Source: Cirrosporium novae-zelandiae | Taxonomy: Eukaryota | Direction: 5' to 3' | DNA length: 64,000 nucleotides | Assembly: GCA_026023565.1 (NCBI GenBank) | Contig: JAPETS010000021.1 | Coordinates: 124,001-188,000 of the forward strand | In this document: in pieces, positions 1 through 11,441 of the stretch | How the letters are laid out: each line of letters begins with the position of its first letter | Position numbering within the stretch: position 1 is the stretch's first letter | The notes under the pieces: generated by a model | What the model was told of the DNA's origin: nothing | The model's database searches: none | Seen by the model: only the letters and a program-made list of their open reading frames with translations | Program-made: the position numbers and the translations under genes

Positions 1-1831
1 CCAAAACCCCATCTACCACAATATTACTATTCTACATTCACCTGGATCATTTATTCCTTCCCGCTCTTTTACCTTCCTGTTCTGGTTGAGTTCACTGATT
101 TCGGCCTCTAGCATCTGATGTTGCTATTGCCTTTGGTCAGTTGGTATTGATTCCACATATGCATTCTTGGGAGGCTTCGATACTGCCCTTCCTATCGTTT
201 GACGGCAATATTGAGCTTTCTTTTCCCCTGGGATTGATGTCCAACTATCAAGCGGTGGATAGCCGCATTTGACCTAGGTAGCATCACCTTTCGCTATCAT
301 ATGAAGCATCCAAAGAGCAAGTTTCGCCGTCATTTCTCTGCCATGATTTCACTATGGGGTCGATCGACTTCACCTCCACAGCATCATAATTCTCGATTGA
401 ACTGCTACCGATGCTATACAGCAAACCGATGTCGTCCAAAGACATTTCACTAAATGTTGAGACCAAGGACTGACCGCGTTGATGACTTATGACTCGTGAA
501 TAAGTGGCTTCGGATCTAAGAGGCCGTGATGTCGACAATGGTTGTTCCACATCCTGAGACTTGGCCACACGTACTGCCACTAGCTCTTCCGCTGTCTACG
601 CGTAACGTACATTCGTTTCAGCTCAGTATGTCAGGATTTAGGAAATTGGTAGGTTGAACTGAGCTTTCGAATACCCATCCGTTCCATTTTTCTAGGACTT
701 TTGGAATTTTGTGCTCAGTTTACTATCTCCAGGGAGCAGATTGCGATAATATTGCTTTTCGCCCCATTTTTTGACTTGATCGCGCTGCACGCCAGCACAG
801 TCAAGACGGAGCCGGCGAGCCTCTTGAATGGTTGTTCACCTGCCTCAGGAAATGTGTATTTTAGGTCTGTCCAGACCCAATTTCTCTTTGACGAGATGAA
901 TCACGACAGACAATGCAGCTGATATAGGAAGTTGAATCAAGGTTCAGAAAAGATACGAGAAGATACGAGAAGCTATCCTCGTCCCACATCTCCTAGCTCA
1001 ATGAATCGAGCATTAGCACACCAGGAAGGGCGTCGGGTGAAAGCTCGTGCTGCAGGATATCCCCATGTCAGATGCCATAAATACCAGGTTGGGTTCGATT
1101 CCCAAGAGCGCTAGTGATTAGTCACACTAGTATCAGTGTTCTTCTCCTTATACATCGAAAGATAGTTTACTATTGAATTCTGACCAATCGCACACTCCTA
1201 GTATTTCCGAAAACCAGGGTGGATGGCTATTCGGCTAGATCCCCCAAAAGGCTTTCCCGTTTGATAACCCTAGAAACCGCGCGTAATAGTTGATCCGGAA
1301 AGTTCCCCGGCCCAGGCTCATGAAAAAGTGACTATCGTGCGGCACAGTTCAATTAATTCCCACGGAACGGAAGCTAATTGTCGATTGGCAATGTTTCACG
1401 ATTTAGCTTGTGAACTACATGCTCAACGCCTATAAAAACGATGCTCCTAGATATCAGTCCACAAACATTCTTAAACAAGGAAGCAGCACCGAGGGTTGAC
1501 ATATATATATGAATAGTAATTCCACCAATACTTATATGTTTGCTAATCGAGTTGGTTGTGCCATATATAAACCTTGTCCATACCTTGTCATCTAGCCACT
1601 GTATCTTGGAATCAAACAGACCACGGCGGATCTGATCGGAGGTCTTATCTGAGGATGCCAATAGAGAGCACTTTAATGAATTTGTTTGTGAGTAACAGGA
1701 ATTCATCCGATCATCAATTCAAACAATATGGCCGAGGTTGAGAGCATCTCTGCTAGTAAAAACATTGCTGAAACGAACGACCCTTCCGAGAAATATAGTA
1801 AGTGGCAATTGAAACCTTGATTAATCCTATA

Positions 1832-2979
1832 ATGTCGGGGTTTGACTTGGAGTCCAATTCTGATCACCGCGAGAATCCCAATGATGACAACGATTCCGCG
1901 CTTGGTAATGATGATGATTCCACCTATACTAGCTCGCTGACTTCCGAAGCGATCAATTATAGATGGGAGAACGGGCGGAGGTATCATGGGTACCAGGATG
2001 GGAAATATGCTATACCGAACGATGATGCGGAACAAGGGAGACTGAACAACCAACATAGGCTGTGGCTGTTGACATTAAATAACCAGCTTTATCGGGCACC
2101 TCTCAAAAATCCGCAAGAGGTTCTCGATGTTGCAACAGGTAAATGCTTATTCAATGTGTACTTAATGCTTCCTCGAAAGCACATGTGTACTAATATAGGC
2201 ATCAAACAACAGGTACCGGATCATGGGCGATAGATTTCGCCGACCAGCACCCTGAAGCCCGTGTATACGGGACGGATCTATCTCCCATCCAACCGACCTC
2301 GGTCCCACCCAACTGCTGGTTCATCGTAGACGACAGCGAAGCCCCCTGGGCCTTCAACCAAACCTTCGACTACATCCACTGCCGCGCCTTTCTCTTCGGG
2401 TGCCGAAACTGGAAACGATATTTCCAACAGGCATACCAAAACATGAAACCCGGCGGCTACCTCGAATGCCAGGAATGGAAGGGCTGCTTCTTCGACCACG
2501 ACGAGGGTCCCGATACCATTGCCAAAAGGGAGGACCATCCCGTCGCCGATTGGATCGCGTTTATTTGCGAGGCGTCGTCGAAGATGGGCGTCGATCTGGA
2601 TTCGACGGATCACTGGGAGGAATGGCTCAAGGAGGTTGGGTTTGTGGATGTTCACATCGAACGATACTACTGGCCGTGTCGACCCCTCCATCTCGGCGGT
2701 AAAACAGAAACAGAAACAGAAACAGAAACAGAAACAGAAACAGATAATAAACGCCTAGATGAAATGGGCACGCTCCAGAACCTAAACATTCTCGCCGGCA
2801 TGAGATCCAGCATCGGCCTCTTCACAAGATGTCTAGGATGGTCCAAGGAGCGATTCGAGGTATACCTAACCTCTGTTAGAAAGGAATGGATCGATCCTAA
2901 TTGCAAGTTATGTATTCCGATTGTTATTATGTGGGCCAAGAAGCCGGAGGGGGTAGAGTCTACTACTACTACTGCTTAG
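1832..2979 (+). CDS. LaeA-like class I SAM-dependent methyltransferase
   Basis: Exons 1832-2138 and 2213-2979, intron GTAAAT..CTAAT..CAG. The spliced product has YRWENGRRYH, Y-IPND--EQ-RL, VLDVATGTGSWAIDFA, GTDLSPIQP, FDYIHCR and MKPGGYLE, typical of the fungal LaeA-like family. Start uncertain (upstream ATG at 1728 is out of frame). Confidence 0.9.
2704..2745 (+). repeat. (ACAGAA)n microsatellite inside the methyltransferase CDS, encoding (TE)6
   Basis: Six ACAGAA units followed by ACAGAT, in frame. Confidence 0.95.
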
Positions 2980-4173
2980 AAGTTAGAGTGGAAGTAGTTG
3001 ATGATTATATTTATTTAGGAAGAATATATATATATATATATCTGATTAATTACCAAGTTGTGTATGTGTGACCAAAATCAACTTTAATCAACGTACCCTC
3101 CTCCTCCTCCTCCTCTTAGGAAGAAATTCGACAAAACCCTCAACCCTCAACCCTCAACCCAAAAACCTAGTAGACTAATTATTATTTTTAATTATGGCCT
3201 ATATACCATACCATACTAGCTTAGTCACCAATATCCATATCCATATCCATCTATCCACCTACCCATTTCTTTTCTTTTCCACCAAAACTCAACTTAAATC
3301 CAAAAAAAAAGGAATAAAAAAAGAAAAAAAAAAATCTAAATCTCTTTCCCTCTTTCTCTCTCTCTACAATGTTCGGTCACACACACACACACACACGTGG
3401 GGATTAATTAACAATTTTTTTTTTTTTTCTTTTTTTTTTTTTTTTCTAGTTTAAGAATTAGTTCTACTAATTAAATTAATTAATTACTATTAAAAGAAAA
3501 TAAAATAAATAGATATATATTTAATTAAAATTGATTTTTTTTTTCTTTTTTCTTTTTTCTAAGATGGGTGCTTGGTTGGTTTGGTTGGTTTGGTTATGTT
3601 GGATGGTATGGTCTGGTATACTATTTATTAAGGTGGGGGGGGGAGGGGTAAGACTTAGAGTTTATACCCTAAACAACTAATTAAAAGGGTAAGTAAGTAT
3701 TAGTACTGAGGCGTTTTGTATTTAGACTACTTTATATTCTCCCTTCATATCCAGGAAATATTTTCCTTGATGTCACGACTTGCAGTAACATTCATTGCAT
3801 TGAAATATATAGTTTTTTTTTTAAAAAAAAACTAATTCTCCCAATAGACAAAAACCCGATTCTTCCAACTCCCATAGAACAAAAAAAAAAGACAAGGAGA
3901 AGAAAGAAGAGTAAAATTCAAGCCGGGCCCCAACTTGAGATGATGCTCTCTTATGCTAACTAAACGAGTGTGTGTGCAACGTGTTCCTGTTGTTTTTTTT
4001 ATGGAATACCTGCCACCTTCATTCAAGTTCTGAATATTATTCAGTTCCTCCTTGTGTGGACCGTTGTGTATTCAATCCACCCACCCCCTTTGGAATTTTC
4101 AAAACTTTCAAGGGCTATTTGGCAGCTGGGAGAAGGGGGAGGGGAGAGAATCGGTCCAGCCCCCCCCACACAA

Positions 4174-4602
4174 CTATGGTGAGGTGCATACGGCCTTTAC
4201 CGAATAGAGCTCGTAGATCTGAATGCACCAGCTGCTTGGGGTGAAGAGCGTTCCGTTGCCGGTGCACTTCGAATTGGGATAGAAGTACACTGGAAGAAAG
4301 AATCAGTTCAAGGATGAAGGAATAGAGATGTATGTTCATCACTCACCGTTACAGCTCTGGCCTGTCACCTGTGCGCTGTCTCCTGGCGTCAAGTAGCACT
4401 GGCCGTTAATGAGCGAGATTGTATCTTCAGCTTCATAGTCGGGCCAGTATCCGCAGTAGGTGTTGTTATAGATTTTGACGGTGCCCACAGTGAAGCCAGC
4501 TTCGGCCCTTTTGACGGGAACGGCAATATCCTCGGTGGGAGTAGACATGGCCATGCTGAGGAGAGTTGCCATCAAGGCGAAGAGAAATTCGAGCTTGAAC
4601 AT
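4174..4602 (-). CDS. Small secreted cysteine-rich protein (~123 aa)
   Basis: Exons 4602-4347 and 4289-4174, intron GTGAGT..CTGAT..CAG. Signal peptide MFKLEFLFALMATLLSMAMS, dibasic KR site, 6 Cys, ends VKAVCTSP*. TATA-like element upstream near 4720. Confidence 0.85.
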
Positions 4603-6382
4603 CTTGTATGTGGATGACGGATTGAGATTGGGAGCGTTGGATGATTGTGGGTAATGTGAATTGGAATGTGGAAAGATCACTGGAGGTGGAATGGAGAATA
4701 ATATAGGGAGATGAGGAGGTTTATATATTAATTGGTTTATTCAAATTGCAGCCAGGAGTACTACCTACCACCGCGGAAATGCTCCCATACCGGTTTCTGA
4801 AGGCGGCGCCTGAATACGAACTCTGGTTCACACAATCGTGATGAGGATGAGTCGTGGACTCGTGGCACGCAGCGAACAGCTTCAAGCTGCGACTATCCTA
4901 GTCCAACCAAGTCAATTGGGCTGATGTCTTGTGCATCGAATTCCTTCACCTTGCCCCCCGTGGCATGTTTCGAGTCCATATTTGGATATCATACCAGGTC
5001 CTCTTCAACCCATCACTATTATAGAATATTGACAATTTTATCTCTCGAGCACAGGGCAGTGTGCCGGGCCCCAGTGGCAGAGGAGCCTTTCAGAACTAAG
5101 AAACGATTTTAGACTTTCGTTCATGTAATCTTGGATTCGACCCCACAAACTGGTAAGCCTCGGATGGTATAAATTTCCGAGTTTTTAACCCTTGAGGCAT
5201 CAGGGCAAAGCTGTATGGTACACGGGTTTGCGAAATAGGCATACGGGAAAGGCCTAGAGTTGGGGTCCTTGAGGAATTTCCTTGTTAGTCTACCATGTTT
5301 AATCGACAGTCCAAGCAGATATCATTCTTCATACACTCACAGTCTTCTCGGAAATCCTCGATAATTGTTTGCAGTACACGCCACGCCCCATGGAGTCCTT
5401 TGAGTATAACGATCAGATGCCAGCCAAGAGCCTTGTGACCCCTCTTGGAGCCCAAATACTTGAGCGTAGAGATAATAACATGTCCGTTTTTGTGAAGGAT
5501 TTGACCTCTTGGGATTAGGTGCTGTTCCTGATGATGGGATGGAGCTCGGGGGCCGGCAGCGAAATTCGATGTACTCTTCATCCCTCCATGTCTTGGAAGT
5601 GGATAATGTCACACAATGTAGTAGAATTCTTCATAGCCAATGATGTCATCCAATTCCTGTATTCCTTGTTACATTGAACATAAGGATAGGGCCCAAGGAA
5701 TGATACCAATTCCAAGAGCAGCCATGGCACCGCTGATAGTACGGATTTTGGGTTGTATAAAATCCCTTTATTGAAAGTAAAGCCAAAAGTTCATCAAGAT
5801 TGAACTAAGGGGTATATCTCACTACCGAGGTGAAATGAAAGCCACCTACTTGTGTCTGAGACAGGGATTGCCATGAGTGCTACACGAGATGGATGGAACT
5901 GCCCGAGTAGTACACGATGGTGAAGCGGCCAAGCCGGAATATGAAGGAGTTATAGACAGGAATTTGTAGCTGCAATGTGACCCGTCATAGGAAAAAGAAG
6001 TGTGAGGTTGCATTGCGACTTCAAAAGAAATAGAAAATGAATAAGAACTGGGTTTGTTTTGTTACACAAAATTACCCCAAGGCGGGGAACTAAAACACGC
6101 TGATACAATGTCGTTAATGCGGTTGATGCCGTCAATGCCTACCTAGGTATTCAGGAGACTGGGGTAATGAAGCAAATCGGAATCCCCTTCACGCCATGGC
6201 CATCCTGCTGTGGACCTGGATCCTTACAGACGGCACGAGAGACCCCTGACAATGGCCGTTTGGACGTTATTTTTATTCCAAAAACAAAATAAAAGCATAT
6301 TGGAGTATCTCAAGTATCCTGGCCGTGATATAATAGCATAGTTACAATTACATTGTTTACCTTCCCCCTTTGTTCTGATTTT

Positions 6383-8293
6383 TCAAGGCAACTCATGGGC
6401 AGCCCCATTGTGTGCTCCTACATCCAATTCATTGGCCCCCTTCCCCTTGTTTGGCTCCCCGTTCCCCGGCAGCTCCACCTTCGCATCGTTTTGGTTTTGC
6501 CAACTCGCGCTTAATTCATGGATATCACTTCCATACTTCCCCTGGTCACCCACCTCAGCTGCTACTTTGTTCTGCTCCCTCTTCCTTCGCAATCTTTTCA
6601 AAAAGAAGAGAATTGCAACAAGAATTATACAGATGCCGCAAAGACCGCCTAAAACGCCACCGAGGATCGGACCGAGGTTAGAACTCGAGGAGTCTGAAGA
6701 ACTCGAGGCCGTTGCGGTAGATGTGGAGGTGCCGGTGGAGGTGGAGGTGGAGGAAGAGGATGAGGAAGAGGCGTTCGCTTTGCTGTTCTGGCGCATTACT
6801 AGTCCGAGGCCAGTTGTGGTCCAGCCGTTTGAGGGGGTGTAATTGCTATCAAAGTCAATACAAGAAATCAATGGGAAAAAACGGAAAAATGGAACTTGAA
6901 AGACCAAGGGAAACATACGTCCAACTCTCAGATGAGGATGAGTATTCCGAGGAAACTGCATCAGGAACTTTGTACCTGGTTGCATTTGCATCCCAGCTAT
7001 CTTGGAAGGACATTGAGCTCATGTTCAGAACACCGATTCCCCATGTCCAAGAATCAGGGACATAGGCAGAAGCGTTGAGACTATCCTGAGTAGGATCGTA
7101 GCCACCGACAATCATCATTTGATTGTCTTTTCCGGTGGTGACGCACGAGAGGAGAGCGCGAGGCGTATACGTGGCATTTGAAGCGCGCGTCCAGACGAAG
7201 CTAGGTAGCGAGAGTACGTATACCGTGTTATATTGGTCATTGCTTGTGCCAAAAGAGCCATCGTATCCTCCGAGCATGTAGATTTCGTAAGATGGGGAGT
7301 CGGGATCAGAGGCGGCGACGGTGCAAAAGTCTACACGGGAGACTGGAACATCGCCCGTTGCAGTTTGCGTGTACCAAGCATTGTTTGCAATGTCATATAC
7401 GGTGATGTTGCTCATATCACGCATTGTTTGGCCTTGCTCATATTCGGCGAAAGTACCTGCATTACGTCCATCATCACCACCAAACATTACTAGGATGCCT
7501 TTATCACCGAAGGTGGGAATCACTTCCATAGTCCCGTGCATGGCGTATCCATATTCGCTGAATTCAGCCGAACTCTTGTTTTGGAAAGTTTGAGTGTGAG
7601 TGTCGAAGATTACAAGTCCCGGGATAGGCATTGGCTCCCAGTTCTTTATTCCGTGCCATTGATAGGACGTCCAATTGCTTACGAAACCGGCGAGATAGTA
7701 TCCTATTCCGGTGCTTTCATCAATATCGTGCAGGCCACCGTTGGGGCGCGTTATGTTGTCCCAGACTGAACTTTGTGAGTCGATTGCTTCTTTCCACTCT
7801 CCTCCTCCTTGTCCGTCTGGAGTGAGTGTCCAGATATTTAATTGGGGATCAGGGTAGTCCACATATTGAATATCGACTTTCTCTCCTCCATATTGATAGA
7901 ATGTCTTGTTGGCTTTGTCCCACCAGAGAACGGCTTCGCTCCATATTACTTGGTCGCTGGATTTGGAGATTGTACTTATTGAAACAGTATCGTTGGTCCA
8001 AGAGGATGTAAGAGGGATAGTGAGTGTATACGAAACTAGGAAAGATATTAGCGCCATACATATTTGGAGGACAGAAGCGACGGACGATTGCGCGAGTTCA
8101 GGCCGCCTGTACCCTCGATGTTTTCGGTGCCTCCGTCGATATATAAGTATGAACCATCCGTAGCCGCAGTAGCTCCATAACGATTGACAAACTCCTGCTT
8201 CGAAACGTAATCGGCAGTTGCAGGAACTAAAAAAAGTAAAGAAAGAAGCAAAGACCAGGTCATTAGAAGTATATTCCCCCCAGCAATAGCCAT
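6383..8293 (-). CDS. Type I membrane protein with kelch/galactose-oxidase-like beta-propeller ectodomain
   Basis: Exons 8293-8086, 8035-6919 and 6845-6383, with GT-AG introns that restore frame. Signal peptide, kelch-like GG motifs (YLYIDGG, FYQYGG, LVMFGG, IYMLGGY, MIVGGY), Ser/Thr stalk, TM helix (ILGGVLGGLCGICIILVAILFFL) followed by KRLRRKR, and a tail with ELP/ELS motifs. Confidence 0.85.
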
Positions 8294-9325
8294 TGTGAGG
8301 TTAGAAAATGGGAGGATATAAATCTAGATTTTAGAAATGTAAGAGAAAGAATGCAAGGAAAGAGTAGCAAAGTTCAAGATCCATCGAACGATGAAAGTTA
8401 AGGCTGCAAGCCAACCGGTTTAGTTATTGTGTAAAAATGAATAATGGGGAAGTTAAGTGGACCATTAATTTGAACAAGGTCATTGCTAGAATAGAGTGCA
8501 TTTACCAGCATAACCGACAACCATGTCCATGCTAGTCATCCATCAAAGTGAGATGGAAGACTTGGGAGGACTGGGGATGGGGGATGTGATGGACATTGTG
8601 GAGGATCATGGATGAAACGAAGGAATCCATCCGAGTTGGATCAACATCCAAGCCTACCTTCTCCCTCTCCTGAGCACCATTCCTAAATTTATCAAAATAT
8701 TGAATATCAACTTATAAAATAATAAATATTTCTTCCTCTTCTTTTTTATTCTTCTGATGACTGCTTGAAACATATTGAATTAATTCTAACCAAGTCCAGT
8801 AAGTAGCGAGAAGGGATCTATTTGAGGGGGAGAAGATCTAAATAGATTAGTCCAGGGAACACCAGGGAACACCAGGGAGCTCAGCCGCCTCCTTGAATTG
8901 ATTTTCCCCATGCAAATGTACCCGAGTACTCCTATTTCATATGTCAACATCATTTGTCATCTATTGATTCTTGATGCCCTGGTAGGATCAGCCTTGGCCC
9001 AAGGCTTTGTATCTGCCAATGAATTAATTAATTGTGGCTATGGCCAGTCTTTGTTATCTACTCAATTTATGATAGCCGACTCATCTCTTTTTATTCCTTT
9101 TCGAATAGAATCAGAGTCAGAGCCTGAGTCACACAGTCATTGGTAAAGGATGCTAGATATAATTGTCTATTCTTAGCCGACCTTGTAGGGCTTCCTTGGG
9201 GCTTTTAAACAAACAGCTTCCGCCGTGTGACGCAATCTCTCTGCCCCTCAAATCGCAAAACCCACCCAAATAATTTATCTAAATTCCGATAAACCCACAC
9301 TAAGTTATAAGCAAAAAAACTCCAG

Positions 9326-11311
9326 ATGGAGCGACCAGAGCTGTTGAAGCGGCCACTCTATGGCAAGTTAGAACAGAGTCTTTGATTTTGCTAGTTCTTC
9401 AACTAACCCTTGTATCTAGTTTTCGACCTTCCACCAGAGCTTCTAGCAACTCTAACGCCCAAAGATGGTAGTACTACTGCTCAACCTTTACCAACTGAAG
9501 TCCAGGCTTCATCCACTCGGAGCACACCACAGAATGAGGGAACCAAGGGAATCATAGGATCTTCTGCTTGCGGTCTCTGTGGCCTAACCTTCAAGGATCC
9601 CCAAGAACAACGCGAACATGCGAGATCCGATCACCATAATTATAATCTCAAGCTTAAGCTTCGAGGACATGCTCCTATCGACGAGAAAGAATTTGAAAAG
9701 ATTATTGGAGACTTGGATGTTAGTTTGTCTGGATCTGATTCTGCAACCGAGGAAGATGAAGAGGTAGATGGTCCTTCAACTTCAAAAGACGCAAGGCTTG
9801 CGGCCTTGTTAAGGAAGCAGGCCAAGATAACAGATGGAACCGATAATGCTGTTCCGATTATCAATAAGAAGATAGGATCTCCCTTGATGTGGTTTACGAC
9901 CCCCCGTTTATCAACGAACATTTCACTTGGAATCTACAAATCCATCTTCTCCAAGACGGAACAGGACCATGAAGCATCTATCCTTGAGACTCTCCGCAAC
10001 AAACAGTTAGCCCCAACTCCTAGAGGTTCACAAAAAGGTCCACTTTTACCAAAAGCTCCTCATATATTTCTTTGCATGATTGGTGGAGGACACTTTGCCG
10101 CTATGGTTGTATCACTAAGACCGAAGCTGGAAATGAAAGGTTCAGGCATAGAAGAACGTGAAGCTACCGTATTGGCCCACAAAACCTTCCATCGTTATAC
10201 TACTCGAAGGAAGCAAGGAGGAGCGCAATCCGCAAACGATTCTGCCAAAGGCGCTGCACATTCGGCCGGATCTTCTCTCCGAAGATATAATGAAGTCGCA
10301 TTAGAAAATGAGGTCAGGCAACAATTAGGGGAATGGAAGGAGCTGATTGATAGCTCGGAATTATTATTTGTAAGAGCGACGGGCAGTACTAATAGAAGAA
10401 CACTCTACGGGCCTTATGAGGGTCAAGTTCTAAAATCCAACGATGAACGTTTGAGAGGATTCCCATTCAGCACTCGTCGTGCTACACAAAAAGAGCTTAT
10501 GCGTGCATTTGTTGAATTGATGAGAGTCAAGGTCAGCCAGATTGACGAAGCAGCTTTGCGTGCCGCTGCAGAGGCCGAGTCTCAGCGAGTATCTCAACCT
10601 CCTAAAGCTGCCAAGTCTTCTGCCTCACCAACCCCTAAACTATCCAAGGAGGACGAGGAGGCCTCCCTCCACACGACCCAGCTGCAAGCTCTGATACGAC
10701 GTTCAAAGGCTCCTGCTATTATTGCATATATGGCTAAAAATAATATTCCATCGACTTTTGCATTCTTCCCGTCAGACGCCAAAGCCAATCACCATGCACC
10801 TACACCTCTTCATCTTGCAGCAAGCATCAACTCGCCTGCTGTAATAATTGCTCTCCTTGCAAAGAGCAACGTTGACCCGACCTTATTAAATCATGAAGGC
10901 AAAACACCTTTTGAGCTCGCAGGTGATCGGGCTACACGAGATGCATTTAGAGTTGCACGATCCGAGCTTGGCGAAGATAAATGGGACTGGATAGCAGCAC
11001 GCATACCTGTGGGATTGACCAGAACTGAAGCGGAGAAACGTGACAAGCGTGACCGTGCAGAGGCGGACAAGGCGGAAGCTATAAGGCGAAAAACGGAGCT
11101 TGAGCGGATTAGACAGGAAGAAGCCCAGGCCAAGCCCCAGAAGAAGATGACTGGTCGAACCGTTGGCACCTTGGAGAAGACTGCATCCGAGAAGAGGGAA
11201 GAGGAGGCAAGAGGTATGACACCAGAAATGCGGATGAGACTTGAGAGGGAAAGAAGGGCACGAGCTGCTGAGGAGCGCATGAGGAGAATGCAAGGTGGCA
11301 CAGGGCGATGA
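9326..11311 (+). CDS. VMS1: Vms1/ANKZF1 ribosome quality-control factor (C2H2 ZnF, VLRF1 domain, ankyrin, coiled coil, VIM)
   Basis: Exon 9326-9362, GC-AG intron 9363-9419, exon 9420-11311. Motifs CGLC..H..SDHH, FLCMIGGGHFAAM, HKTFHRYTTRRKQGGAQSAND, TPLHLAA and C-terminal RERRARAAEERM. Confidence 0.95.
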
Positions 11312-11441
11312 TCACCTCGATAACGAGAAAAGTGTTGACCATAACAGCCTTACAACTCATGCTGCCGTGTTCGAAGTGGTCGTTCGAAACTGTGCAACTC
11401 TGAAGCGTTTGTCTAGCTCTATACTCTTAGGCGGATATACA

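Noticed and set aside
1020..1112. tRNA-like T-arm TTGGG-TTCGATT-CCCAA (1089-1105)
   Set aside because: No matching acceptor stem, D-arm or anticodon stem could be built. At most an isolated B-box or tRNA relic; tRNAscan-SE would decide.
1..1114. Short ORFs at the window start (284-580 minus, 701-922, 932-1114)
   Set aside because: Mostly non-ATG starts and no recognisable motifs; possibly decayed coding sequence but unassignable.
3136..3160. (CCCTCAA)3 telomere-like repeat
   Set aside because: Short, not canonical CCCTAA, and embedded among other simple repeats.
5285..5700. Overlapping minus-strand ORFs of about 90 aa
   Set aside because: No domain signal and no coherent splice model.
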